Shown piece by piece: positions 35,180 through 44,861 of a stretch of DNA of 64,000 nt; positions within the stretch are counted from its first letter, which is position 1, and every line of letters begins with the position of its first letter. A program made the position numbers and the translations under genes. This DNA comes from Thermoplasmata archaeon (GTDB lineage: Archaea > Thermoplasmatota > Thermoplasmata > Lutacidiplasmatales > UBA184), in NCBI GenBank assembly GCA_035656255.1, contig DASRSV010000022.1, positions 16,630 through 80,629 of the forward strand, read 5' to 3'. The notes beneath the pieces were generated by a model. It was not told where the DNA came from. It did not search any database and saw only the letters and a program-made list of their open reading frames with translations.

Positions 35180-35797
35180 GTGGCGGACCCCCCCGCGCCC
35201 CCGCGCGCCGGGTGGCGGACGTGCGTCTCGTGCGGGGACGCGCTCCTTGCCGGCGACGTTCGGTGCCCGACGTGCGGCTCGGACCGGATCGTTCACGAAG
35301 GAGAGGTGGGCATGCTTCCCCGACGCACCCGATTCCGATTCCTCGCGCTCCGTAACTTCCGGGTCCTCGCGATCGTCGTTGCGATCGTCGCGGTCGGCTA
35401 CGTGCTCGTGGGCGCGGTCCTTACGGGACCGCCGACGTACGCCGACCCGCTCACCACCCGCGGCGCCCACGTGATTCCCGCGGGCAGCGTCACCTACCTC
35501 TCCGGCAACGTGACGGGGGAGGACTACATCGTGGGGAACTACTCGGTTGTCGCCCCGGCGGGGGTTTCGGTCGGGTTCCGGATCTTCAATACGACGGAGT
35601 TTGTCCAGTACCTCCACCATCAGGGCGACGCGGCGCAGTGGTCGATCACGCCCCAGACCTCCGCGCGAATCGTATGGGCCGCCCCGTACACCGACACGTT
35701 CTACCTTGTCTGGACGAGCCCGTTCCCCGTCGCGAGCGGAACGAACGTGACGGTGTTCGCCTCGACGGACTACATGTCCAACATCGTCATCGGCTAA
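35180..35797 (+). CDS. Zn-ribbon single-TM membrane protein
   Basis: CVSC...CPTC, one TM helix, beta-rich extracellular domain. Confidence 0.7.
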   Translation: MADPPAPPRAGWRTCVSCGDALLAGDVRCPTCGSDRIVHEGEVGMLPRRTRFRFLALRNFRVLAIVVAIVAVGYVLVGAVLTGPPTYADPLTTRGAHVIPAGSVTYLSGNVTGEDYIVGNYSVVAPAGVSVGFRIFNTTEFVQYLHHQGDAAQWSITPQTSARIVWAAPYTDTFYLVWTSPFPVASGTNVTVFASTDYMSNIVIG

Positions 35798-35950
35798 GCC
35801 GAAGGAACCGGGCCCCGCCCAAACGTTGAGGCCCCGGCTCGTTGGAGCCGTGTTCAGCCCGTAGCCGGCAGCGACGGCTCGCCGTCAACCCCGGGCTTTC
35901 CCGAGGCCTCCCAACCGGACTTATCGCCCCGTGGGACCTTCCGCGGACCA

Positions 35951-38506
35951 ATGCCCGGGCGCCGGATCCGGACTGGCACGGGTCCGGGTTGGGCACGCCC
36001 GGGAACCTTGGCATGCGTGGTCGCCGCGACCTCCCTGCTCCTCCTCTCCGTGGCGATCCTCCCGGCGGCGCCCGCCTCCCCCGCCCTTGCTTCCTCCCGT
36101 TCGGCGAGCTCGGCGGTCGGGCCTGAGGGCCGGGATTCCGGTCCCACCGGCGACGTTTTCGCCCGTCCCAACGGGGCTCTTTCCGGCGAGGGCCAATGGA
36201 CCCGCATCCCCGCATACAATCCCGGCTCCGCCCTCCTCGCGACCGATCCCTCGAGCGGCGATGTGCTATCGTTCGGGGGGCTCGGACCGTTCCTCGGCTA
36301 CCGTCCTTCCGGTCCGTTCAATCTGACATGGACCTTTTCCGGGGGAATGTGGCAGAATCTGACGGGAGGCCAGGCACCGCCCGTCAACCTCACCTTGGGG
36401 GCCGTCGCCTCCGACCCACCCGACCACGGGGTGCTGCTGACCGGAAGTACCGCCGCCTACGCCCCTCCGTGGGGCGCCATGGAGACGTGGCTCTACTCGG
36501 GCGGGAATTGGTCCCAGCTCCATCCCGCCGCCTCACCGACCTCCCGCTTCTGGTCGTCGATGGCGTGGGACGCCTCGACGGGCTCGATCATCCTGTTCGG
36601 TGGGACGGGACCGAACGGAGATCTGAACGACACGTGGAGCTACTCCAACGGGACGTGGACCAACCTGAGCCTGGCGATCGGCCCACCCGTTCGATCGCAC
36701 GCCCTCATCGAGTTCGACGCGGCCGACGGGTACCTCCTGCTGTTCGGCGGGCAAGGAACCCGATGTTCGTTCGGATGCACCGAGGTGGAGCTCAACGACA
36801 CTTGGGCGTTCCACGGCGGCCGGTGGAGCCAGCTCTTGTCGGGCTCGGCGCCGCCCGCGAACGCCGTCTCATCGATGGCCTCCAACCCCGGTGGGGGACC
36901 CATCCTCCTCTACACGGCGTCGTTTTCGTATCCGGGGGCCCGCGCAGAGACCTGGAGCTTCACCGGCGGAGCGTGGCGCTTTCTCCGGACCGACTGGGCT
37001 CCGTCCGCCCCGTTCGTCGCTCTCGATTGGGACCCGGAGATCCACGCGATCGTTCAGTCCACCGGCACTCCCTACGTCTACCAGTGGAATGGAACGGGGT
37101 GGAACTATGCCGGGGGCGTCCTCGGGCGCGGCGCCGCGGCGACCTACGACGCGAAGGACGGATACGTCGTCGCCTACGCGAACGTGAACTCCAGCTCGCT
37201 CCTCGACACCTATCGGTTCGACGGTCGGAACTGGTGGCGGGTCCCCGTCGCCGTCGCACCGCCGCACCGGCTCTACCCGCTCTTTGCCTACGACCCCGCC
37301 GCGGGCGGGGCCATACTCTTCGGGGGCGCGAACGCGACCAACTCCACCGCGTGCTACGGGGATGCTTGGCTGTATTCGGGGGCCCGTTGGACGATCCTCC
37401 CCGGGTCGATCGCTCCGCCGCCGCGGTGCCAGGGGGCGATCGCGTACGACGCGTCGCTCGAGGCGGTGGTCGTCTCCGGTGGGTTCCAGACCCCCTACAC
37501 CCGCCTTAACGACACGTGGGAGTACCACGACGGCGGGTGGAGCCTGATGCACACCGCCCATGCTCCGCCTGCGCTGCCGGCGGGGTCGCTGGAGACGTTG
37601 ACTCCAGACCCGCTGCACCAGTGGCTGGTGGCGTTCGATTCGGGTGAGTTCGGCCTAGCCACGCAGAAGGCCGGGAGTCAGACTTGGGAGTTCGACGGCC
37701 AAGATTGGACGCAGCTCTCCTCACCGATCACCCCGGAGCCCCGCACGGGTGAGGCGGCTGGCTTCGACCCCGCCCATGGGTACGCGCTGCTCGTTGGGGG
37801 AGTCTGTGACACATGTCCCGGTGCGGTCGGGGTCGGCATCGCGAACGACACGTGGGGTTTCGCAGGGGGGTCCTGGTTCCGCGTCCCGACGAAGGGCGGC
37901 CTCCCAGCGGTCACCGACGGATCGCTCGTCTACGACTCGGCGATCGCGGAGATGGTGCTCGCTGGAGGAGCCGTCTACTCCGACGTCGGGGGCAGTTACC
38001 AAGGAGCGGAGTTGGCGGATACCTGGCTTCTGGCCCCACCGCCACTGACGACCCACCCGGAGCCGGTACTCTTCCGGGAGAGCGGGCTCCCGCCCGACTC
38101 GGTGTGGGCGGTCAGCGTGGGGAACGCCACCGATTCGGCCAACTCGACAGTGGTGTCGTTCGGGGTGCCCAACGGCTCGTACCCCTACTCGATACCGTAC
38201 GTCGGCGACTACCGTGCCTCTCCGGCCTCTGGCTCCGTCGTCGTCGCGGGAGGGGTCACGACGGTCGGGGTCGTCTTCCATCGCGACTACACGGTACCGC
38301 TGCTGGTCGCCGGGTCGCTCGGCTCGATCGTGGCCGCGAGCGTGGTGGCCGTCTGGTACGGGCGAAAGCGACCGAAGGAGCCGCGCGACCTGCCCGGTTG
38401 GAACCCCGCACGGTATGATGTCGGAACGAGCTTCGCCCCTCGCGAACCGTTCCCCCGGCCCCCGCCAGGGTCCGACGCTCCGCCGGGGAACTACGGACCG
38501 CCCTGA
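35951..38506 (+). CDS. Kelch/beta-propeller surface protein with GLPxD repeat and C-terminal TM
   Basis: Repeated LFGG...NDTW.Y.GG.W units, signal-like N-terminus, TM near the C-terminus. Confidence 0.85.
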   Translation: MPGRRIRTGTGPGWARPGTLACVVAATSLLLLSVAILPAAPASPALASSRSASSAVGPEGRDSGPTGDVFARPNGALSGEGQWTRIPAYNPGSALLATDPSSGDVLSFGGLGPFLGYRPSGPFNLTWTFSGGMWQNLTGGQAPPVNLTLGAVASDPPDHGVLLTGSTAAYAPPWGAMETWLYSGGNWSQLHPAASPTSRFWSSMAWDASTGSIILFGGTGPNGDLNDTWSYSNGTWTNLSLAIGPPVRSHALIEFDAADGYLLLFGGQGTRCSFGCTEVELNDTWAFHGGRWSQLLSGSAPPANAVSSMASNPGGGPILLYTASFSYPGARAETWSFTGGAWRFLRTDWAPSAPFVALDWDPEIHAIVQSTGTPYVYQWNGTGWNYAGGVLGRGAAATYDAKDGYVVAYANVNSSSLLDTYRFDGRNWWRVPVAVAPPHRLYPLFAYDPAAGGAILFGGANATNSTACYGDAWLYSGARWTILPGSIAPPPRCQGAIAYDASLEAVVVSGGFQTPYTRLNDTWEYHDGGWSLMHTAHAPPALPAGSLETLTPDPLHQWLVAFDSGEFGLATQKAGSQTWEFDGQDWTQLSSPITPEPRTGEAAGFDPAHGYALLVGGVCDTCPGAVGVGIANDTWGFAGGSWFRVPTKGGLPAVTDGSLVYDSAIAEMVLAGGAVYSDVGGSYQGAELADTWLLAPPPLTTHPEPVLFRESGLPPDSVWAVSVGNATDSANSTVVSFGVPNGSYPYSIPYVGDYRASPASGSVVVAGGVTTVGVVFHRDYTVPLLVAGSLGSIVAASVVAVWYGRKRPKEPRDLPGWNPARYDVGTSFAPREPFPRPPPGSDAPPGNYGPP

Positions 38507-39177
38507 ACCGGAGAATCGGACGGCGGCGGCTCGGCGGACTCGTGCCGCGTGAGGTACTCCGGCGGGACCTGGTCGACCAGAAAGACGGTCTTCCCCGCCT
38601 GCATGATCACGAGGCCCCGGCTCCGGGCGGTCTTGGCGTCGACGGCCAGGATGACCGGTTCGGGCGTGCGCACGGAGCCGGCCGCGCGGGCGTCGGCCGC
38701 CGTTCGGGAGAGATGGACCTTCTTCCGGTCGGACGGTTTCAGTCCCACCTCCAGGACGAGCGCCGCCTCCTCGGGGGTGACCGGGAAGTAGAGCTCGTCG
38801 GGCACCTTGTCGGTCGGGAGGTCGAGGTCGACGTCGAGCGTGTGGCCGTAGGTCGCGCGGACCCGGTCGTCCTTGATCTCGTACCGGCCCTTCGGGTCGG
38901 TCTCGACGATCGCGGTCAGGTGGTGGGCGCGGAGCCAGTGGTAACCCCGGTGATGGCTCGAGATCGCCTGGACGAGCTGACCCATCTCGATCCACCCGTG
39001 CGCGTCGACCTGAAGCCCGTACTTGTCCGGGAAGTGCCGGAGGATCCCCGTCATCACCCGTCCCAGATGGTCGAGCTCCCGGTCGTTCATCAGGAACCGT
39101 CCCTGGCCGCTGCAGACCGGACAGTTCTCGGCCCGGAAGTAGCCGTGCTGCGGGCACTCCTTCAGCATGGGGGTCAC
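38491..39177 (-). CDS. kptA: RNA 2'-phosphotransferase (Tpt1/KptA)
   Basis: ILRH, DPKGRYE, RATYGHT, KKVHLS. Confidence 0.92.
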   Translation of the reverse strand: MTPMLKECPQHGYFRAENCPVCSGQGRFLMNDRELDHLGRVMTGILRHFPDKYGLQVDAHGWIEMGQLVQAISSHHRGYHWLRAHHLTAIVETDPKGRYEIKDDRVRATYGHTLDVDLDLPTDKVPDELYFPVTPEEAALVLEVGLKPSDRKKVHLSRTAADARAAGSVRTPEPVILAVDAKTARSRGLVIMQAGKTVFLVDQVPPEYLTRHESAEPPPSDSPVQGGP

Positions 39178-39190
39178 TCGGGGAGGAGGG

Positions 39191-39478
39191 TCAGTTGCGG
39201 ATCTTCTCGGCCTTCTTGTCGAAGGTCGTGAGCGCGTCGCCGTAGACGTCGGCGAGGTCCTTCAGGATCCGCTTGAGCACCTGCTGCGGCTTCTCGCCCT
39301 TCGTCTTGAGGTAGAGCGTCGGGCGGTCGAGGAGCGGATGCCCGAGGTAGTAGCGCGCCTCGACGACCTTCTCCTCAGCCTGGAGCATCTCGACGAGCGG
39401 GATGAGGAGCGTCTCCTCGCCCCGCGGGAACTCGAGGCGGAGCACGTCGTGCTCCTTCTCCACCACGCGGACGTCCAT
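39191..39478 (-). CDS. rpoL: DNA-directed RNA polymerase subunit L (Rpo11)
   Basis: GEETLL, ARYYLGHPLLDRPTLYLKT. A TATA-like TTATGAA ~30 nt upstream supports ATG 39478. Confidence 0.85.
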   Translation of the reverse strand: MDVRVVEKEHDVLRLEFPRGEETLLIPLVEMLQAEEKVVEARYYLGHPLLDRPTLYLKTKGEKPQQVLKRILKDLADVYGDALTTFDKKAEKIRN

Positions 39479-39592
39479 GGGAGGGCCGTCCACCGACGCC
39501 CCGTTCATAAGGGTGACGAGTTCGGCCGCCCGTCGGCCGGGCGCGCTTCACCATCGTTATGAGCCGCATCCCGTCGCCGGCGGCGATTCCGC

Positions 39593-40999
39593 ATGCGGGT
39601 CGCGCTCTTCGGCGGCGGGGCGCGGGAGCATGCGCTCGGCTGGGCCCTCACCCGATCGGGCGCGGAGCTCATCGTCGTCTCCTCCAACGCGAACCCGGGC
39701 CTCGACCGGATCGCCCGACGGGCGGTCCGCGCGGATCCCGCGGACGCCACCGCGGCCGTCGCCGCGGCGCAGCGCGAGCAGGTCCAGCTCGCGGTGGTCG
39801 GCTCCGAAGCGCCGCTCGCCGCCGGTGTCACGGATGCCCTCCGGGGGGCCGGTATCCCCGTCGTAGGTCCGAGCCGAGCCGCCGCCCGCATCGAGACGTC
39901 GAAGCGCTTCTGTCGGGAGCTGCTGGCGAAGCATGGGATCGACGCCCAGCCGCGGTACGCCGCGGTCTCGAAGCCCGAAGAGGTCGCTCCGGCGGTCGCA
40001 CAGTTTCCCTCGGGCTTCGTCGTCAAGCCCGTGGGGCTCACGGGCGGAAAGGGGGTCCGCGTCCAAGGCGCGGACTTCGCCACCCCTGCCGAGGGCGCGG
40101 CGTACGCGACGGAGCTCCTGAAGCGGGGCGGCGACGGGGTCGTCCTCGAGGAGAAGGTCGAAGGCGAGGAGTTCAGCCTGATGGCCCTCGTCTCGGATTC
40201 CGGCCTCTTCCCCATGCCGACCGTGCAGGACTTCAAGCGGGCGCTCGAAGGGGACCGGGGCCGGAACACCGGCGGGATGGGCTCGTACTCCCAGCGCGAC
40301 CACCTGCTGCCGTTCCTTCCGCCGGAGCAGCACGAACGCGCGGTCGACGTCCTTCGTCGTACCGTCGAGGCGCTCCGAGCCGAAGGGATGCCGTACCGCG
40401 GGTTCCTGTACGGCGGGTTCATGATGACGGCCCGCGGGCCGGTGCTGCTCGAGTTCAACGCACGGCTGGGCGACCCCGAGGCGATGAACGTGCTCGCCCT
40501 CTACGAGGAGGGGGACTTTGATGAGCTGCTCCTCGAATGTGCGAACGGTCGGATCGATCCGGATCTCGTCGCGTTCCGCCTCCGGGCGACCGTCGTGAAG
40601 TACCTCGTTCCGCCAGGGTACGGCGCCGACCCGAAGGCGGGGGGTGTCCTCACGGTCGACGAGCCCGCGATCGAGGCGACCGGGGTGCACCTCTTCTACG
40701 GCTCGGTCGAGCACGCGGGGCCGGGGCGCGTCCGCCTATCGACCTCCCGAGGCGTCGCGCTGGTCGGGGAAGCGAGCGCGATCCACGAGGCCGGACGCCG
40801 GGTCGACGAGGCGCTCAAGTTCGTCCGCGGCGACTTCTACGTCCGTCGCGACATCGGGACGAAGGAGGATCTCGCGCGACGGACCGAGCACATCCGCGCC
40901 CTGCTCGCCCCCGGGGCGAAGCCGTCACCCCTCCCGCTGAGCGTGGCTCCGGCGAACGCGCCGCCGTCGAGCGCCGGGACCGAGGCGCAGCTTCTCTAG
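39593..40999 (+). CDS. purD: Phosphoribosylamine--glycine ligase
   Basis: GGGAREHA, ETSKRF, VVKPVGLTGGKGV, QDFKRALEGDRGRNTGGMGSY, EFNARLGDPE. Confidence 0.95.
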   Translation: MRVALFGGGAREHALGWALTRSGAELIVVSSNANPGLDRIARRAVRADPADATAAVAAAQREQVQLAVVGSEAPLAAGVTDALRGAGIPVVGPSRAAARIETSKRFCRELLAKHGIDAQPRYAAVSKPEEVAPAVAQFPSGFVVKPVGLTGGKGVRVQGADFATPAEGAAYATELLKRGGDGVVLEEKVEGEEFSLMALVSDSGLFPMPTVQDFKRALEGDRGRNTGGMGSYSQRDHLLPFLPPEQHERAVDVLRRTVEALRAEGMPYRGFLYGGFMMTARGPVLLEFNARLGDPEAMNVLALYEEGDFDELLLECANGRIDPDLVAFRLRATVVKYLVPPGYGADPKAGGVLTVDEPAIEATGVHLFYGSVEHAGPGRVRLSTSRGVALVGEASAIHEAGRRVDEALKFVRGDFYVRRDIGTKEDLARRTEHIRALLAPGAKPSPLPLSVAPANAPPSSAGTEAQLL

Positions 41000-41060
41000 C
41001 GCGACGAACGTCCGCCCGCCCCCGTCATTAAATAGCGTCGTCCCGGTTTCGAACGTTCCC

Positions 41061-41372
41061 ATGTTCTGTCCGAAATGCAAGCGGCTCATGCGGCCGGATA
41101 AGGCGCAGAATCTCTGGGTCTGCTCCTCCTGCGGGACGAAGGTCGCGATGGGGCGGGGCGTCCAGGTCGGGAAGTCGAACCCGACCGGGCGCTCGATGGT
41201 CGTCATCGAGGGGGGGAAGGGCCCGACCCTCCCGACGGCGAGCGAGACGTGCCCGAAGTGCGGCAACGACACGGCGTACTGGGTCCTTCGCCAGACCCGC
41301 GGGGCGGACGAGCCCGAGACCCGGATCTTCGAGTGCACGAAGTGCGGCCACAAATGGCGGGAGTACCAGTAG
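41061..41372 (+). CDS. tfs: Transcription factor S (RpoM-like)
   Basis: MFCPKC, CPKCGN, QTRGADEPETRIFECTKCGHKWREY. Confidence 0.95.
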   Translation: MFCPKCKRLMRPDKAQNLWVCSSCGTKVAMGRGVQVGKSNPTGRSMVVIEGGKGPTLPTASETCPKCGNDTAYWVLRQTRGADEPETRIFECTKCGHKWREYQ

Positions 41373-42673
41373 CCGCGCTCCCGCGATCGCTCATCGAGGA
41401 GCTGTTCGCTCCCGGGGCGGTCGGCAAGCGGACGATGGTCCGCGGCTGGGTGCAGCGCTCGCGCTCCTCGGGAGGGATCCTGTTCGCGCTCGTGCGCGAC
41501 CGCACGGGCGTCGTCCAGGTGACGGGCCGCCGGGACCAGCTCGGGGACGAGGGGTTCGACCGCGCGGAGCACGTCCAGGTCGAAGGGCTCGTCGAGGTGA
41601 CGGGAGCCGTCGCGGACGACCGTCGGGCGCCGGGCGGTCGCGAGCTGCGGGCCGAATCCATCCGGGTGATCGACGCCGGCCAGCCGTTCCCGATCTTCGC
41701 CGACCAGACCGAGGAGTTCCGGCTGGACAAGCGGCATCTCGCGATCCGCGCGCCCGAGTCGGTCGCCCTGTTCCGGCTCAAGGCCGAGCTGCTCCGATCG
41801 CTCCGACTCTTCCTCGAGGAGGAGCAGGTGACCGAGATGACGCCGCCGATCCTCACCGGGAACGCGGCCGAGGGCGGCGCCGAAGCGTTCACGCTCGACT
41901 ACTTCGGTCGGCCGGCGTTCCTCGCCCAGACCGCGCAGTTGTACCTGGAAGCGCTCCTCTTCCCGCACGAGCGCGTCTACGCCCTCACCCCGTCGTTCCG
42001 CGCCGAGAAATCGCGGACGCCCCGGCACCTCACCGAGTACTCCCACCTGGAGGTCGAGCTCGCGTGGATCGACCTCGACGAGCTCCTCGGCTTCATCGAG
42101 CGGATGGTCGTCCGCGCGGCGCGCGACCTCGCGACGCGGCGTTCGGCCGAACTCAAGGTCCTCGACCGCGACCCGAAGGAGCTCGAGGCGTTCGAGGCGC
42201 CGTTCCCCCGCGTCACCTACGCGGAGGCGATCGCCCGGCTGCAGAAGGAGGGGTTCTCGGTCGAGTGGGGGAGCGACCTCGGCACCGCCGAGGAGCGCGC
42301 GCTCACGGTGAGCTCGCCGCAGCCGATGTTCGTGACCCACTTCCCGTACCAGATCAAGGCGTTCTACATGCGTCGGTCGCCGGACGACGCGCGGACCGTC
42401 GAGGGCGCGGACCTCCTCGGCTCCGAAGGGTACGGTGAGGTCGTCGGGGCGAGCCTGCGCGAGACGGACATCGAACGGCTCACCGAGCGGATCCGCGAGA
42501 TCGGAGCGAGCGTCGCGGACTACGAGTGGTACCTCGACCTGCGACGCCACGGCAACGTCGCCCACGGCGGGTTCGGCATCGGCATCGAGCGGCTCGTGCG
42601 GTGGTTCGCCCGCCGCGAGCACATTCGGGAAGCGACGCCGTTCCCCCGGACGCCGACGCGCGTGCTGCCGTGA
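41354..42673 (+). CDS. asnS: Asparagine--tRNA ligase (class IIb)
   Basis: OB-fold N-terminus, AQTAQLYLE, SFRAEKSRTPRHLTEY, HGGFGIGIERL. A non-discriminating AspRS is not fully excluded. Confidence 0.82.
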   Translation: MAGVPVAALPRSLIEELFAPGAVGKRTMVRGWVQRSRSSGGILFALVRDRTGVVQVTGRRDQLGDEGFDRAEHVQVEGLVEVTGAVADDRRAPGGRELRAESIRVIDAGQPFPIFADQTEEFRLDKRHLAIRAPESVALFRLKAELLRSLRLFLEEEQVTEMTPPILTGNAAEGGAEAFTLDYFGRPAFLAQTAQLYLEALLFPHERVYALTPSFRAEKSRTPRHLTEYSHLEVELAWIDLDELLGFIERMVVRAARDLATRRSAELKVLDRDPKELEAFEAPFPRVTYAEAIARLQKEGFSVEWGSDLGTAEERALTVSSPQPMFVTHFPYQIKAFYMRRSPDDARTVEGADLLGSEGYGEVVGASLRETDIERLTERIREIGASVADYEWYLDLRRHGNVAHGGFGIGIERLVRWFARREHIREATPFPRTPTRVLP

Positions 42674-42796
42674 GCGGACCCGAGCGGAGCGGTCGATCGG
42701 ACCGCGTCGCCGGGAGGGACGCGTCCGTGCCCGGCGAAAGTATTAGTTGGGTCGAACGCTCCGGAGCCTGAACCGTCGGCAGGGGCCCAAGGAGAG

Positions 42797-43333
42797 TTGG
42801 CGCAGAACAGTTCGGCCCGGCGCGAGGAGAAATCCGCCGAGCTCCCCTCCAAGCAGACGGTCGGTGCTCCCGTCGTCGTCGAACGGCTCTCCCACCCGGA
42901 CATCCCGGAGATCTGCGCGCTCTACAAGCGGGTCTGGGAGACGTTCCAGCCCGCGCTGCCCTCCGAGCTCCAGAAGTCGTGGTCGCCGAGCCCGCTCGAG
43001 TTCACGAGCTGGATGGAGGGGATCACGTTCTTCTCCGCCCGGCGCGACGGGAAGGTCGTCGGCGCGATCGGCTGCGAGATCGCCGACGGCAGTTGCCGCA
43101 TCGTCCACCTCGTCGTCGCCCCCGAAGCCCGTCGGCAGGCCGTCGGCACGGCGCTCGCGAAGGGGGCCGTCGATTGGGCGCGCCACAGCGGCACCCGAAC
43201 GGTCTGGGTCGACGCGCTCGACCGGTTCTCCGCCGCGCACGCGATGTTCCGTCGTCTCGGCTTCGCCGAGGCCGGCGTCCTCCACCGCCACCGGTGGGGC
43301 GAGGACGTCAGGCTGTACGAGCTGCTCCTGTAG
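42797..43333 (+). CDS. GNAT-family N-acetyltransferase
   Basis: LVVAPEARRQAVGTAL, AMFRRLGF. Confidence 0.85.
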   Translation: MAQNSSARREEKSAELPSKQTVGAPVVVERLSHPDIPEICALYKRVWETFQPALPSELQKSWSPSPLEFTSWMEGITFFSARRDGKVVGAIGCEIADGSCRIVHLVVAPEARRQAVGTALAKGAVDWARHSGTRTVWVDALDRFSAAHAMFRRLGFAEAGVLHRHRWGEDVRLYELLL

Positions 43334-44300
43334 ACTTCGGGCCGTCGCCGCCGGGGCCGCGGCCGGCGCGACCGCCCGGTGCGCCGTGCACCTGGGCGAG
43401 CAGGCGGAGGCGCCGGAGCGCCTCCTCGGGATGGCCCCGCACGAACTCGCGCGCCCCGCGTGCGAGCTCGGAGGCCTCGAGCTCGATCGGGAGCCCGTCG
43501 CTGCGCTCGCGCAGGAGGAACTCGCCGTACGTGGTCACGTACTGCGGCAGGCTCTGCTTGAGCCGCGCGACCGCCTCCTGCCGCACGCCGCGGAGGCGCT
43601 GCTTGAGCGGCGCGAGGCGCCCGCCGCGGAGCTCCCGCTCGAGGTCGGCGCCGACCTGGGTGGGAGGTTCGGGGGGTTCGAGGCCGAGCGCCTCCATGTC
43701 CCGGAGGAGGGAGACGAGACGCTCGAGCTCGTCGCGCGCCTGGTCGAGGTGGCGCTCCTTGAGCGTCACGACGCGGTCGACCTGCTGGAACGTCGCGAGC
43801 GCCTGACCGACGTCGCCCGCGCGGGCCGAATGGAGCACGTCCTCCATCTGGTCGCGTTCGAGACGGCCGTCGACGCTGTACGCCTCGAGGCGGGCGAGCC
43901 GCGTCTTCGTCTTGCGGTCCCACTCCTCGAGCGCGGTCACGACGCGGCGCTGGGCGAGCCGCTCGACGCCGCGCGCGACCTCGAGCCACCCCTCCGCCCC
44001 GCCCGGTTCGCGCCCGAACTCCTCGGCCCAGGGAGGCATCGACGGAAGCGTGACCCCGAGGGCGGAGGCGCCGTCGGCCCACGCCTGCAACTTCGCGACC
44101 CGGCGCACGAGCTCGTTGCTGGCCGACCCCCCCGCGGGCGGGGGCGTCGTTGGGGGATCGCTCTCCGGCGCGCCGTCGGCCGACCCGTTGTCGGGGGCGT
44201 CCGACTCGTCCTCGACGGCCGCGCCGCACGACGGGCAGCTGAGCGCTCCGTCTGGGAGCGGCTCCCCGCAGGAACGGCACCGGTCGACGGGTTCGGGCAC
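43308..44300 (-). CDS. Zn-ribbon coiled-coil hypothetical protein
   Basis: CRSCG...CPSCG N-terminus, acidic linker, long helical region. Confidence 0.7.
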   Translation of the reverse strand: MPEPVDRCRSCGEPLPDGALSCPSCGAAVEDESDAPDNGSADGAPESDPPTTPPPAGGSASNELVRRVAKLQAWADGASALGVTLPSMPPWAEEFGREPGGAEGWLEVARGVERLAQRRVVTALEEWDRKTKTRLARLEAYSVDGRLERDQMEDVLHSARAGDVGQALATFQQVDRVVTLKERHLDQARDELERLVSLLRDMEALGLEPPEPPTQVGADLERELRGGRLAPLKQRLRGVRQEAVARLKQSLPQYVTTYGEFLLRERSDGLPIELEASELARGAREFVRGHPEEALRRLRLLAQVHGAPGGRAGRGPGGDGPKSTGAARTA

Positions 44301-44319
44301 GGAACCTACCGGAGTGGTA

Positions 44320-44404
44320 TGCAGGGGGTGAGATTTGAACTCACGAACTCCTACGAGACCAGGACCTCAACCTGGCGCCTTTGACCAAGCTGGGCCACCC
44401 CTGC
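44320..44404 (-). tRNA. tRNA-Leu(GAG)
   Basis: GCAGGGG/CCCCTGC-A acceptor stem, anticodon arm CCAGG-TTGAGGT-CCTGG, long variable arm, GTTCAAATC T-loop. Confidence 0.95.
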
Positions 44405-44510
44405 AGGACCCGGCCCGCCTACGGGGCACCTCCCTTAACGGTTTGTGCGGGAATCCCGCGCGACCCCTCGGCGCGGGGCCCGGGACGAATAAGGATTTGA
44501 GCGAGGGCCG

Positions 44511-44861
44511 ATGGGAGCGGCCGTGAACGCGGGAGCCGGGCCCGGAGCGACCGTGTTCATCGGCACGAAGCCGACGATGACCTACGTCTTCCAGGTCGTC
44601 GCGCAGCTGAACAGCGGCATCGCCCCGGTCGTCGTGCGGGCGCGTGGGAACGCGATCTCCAAGGCGGTCGATGTCGCGGAGGTCGTGCGCCGACGGTTCC
44701 TCGAGGGTCAGGTCGCCGTCGGGCCGATCGCGATCGACACCGAGCGCCTCGTGAACCGCGAGGGCCGGGACGCGAACGTCTCGTCGATCGCGATCCCGAT
44801 CACCCGTACGGGGTCGGCGCCGGGCGCGTTGACGGGACCCCCGCCCCCCGCGGCACCGTAG
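44511..44861 (+). CDS. albA: DNA/RNA-binding protein Alba
   Basis: VFIGTKPTMTYV, RARGNAISKAVDVAE, NVSSIAI. Confidence 0.93.
   Translation: MGAAVNAGAGPGATVFIGTKPTMTYVFQVVAQLNSGIAPVVVRARGNAISKAVDVAEVVRRRFLEGQVAVGPIAIDTERLVNREGRDANVSSIAIPITRTGSAPGALTGPPPPAAP

Noticed and set aside
38491-39177. kptA as a defence or novel RNA-repair gene
   Set aside because: Tpt1/KptA is widespread in archaea and sits here in housekeeping context next to rpoL.
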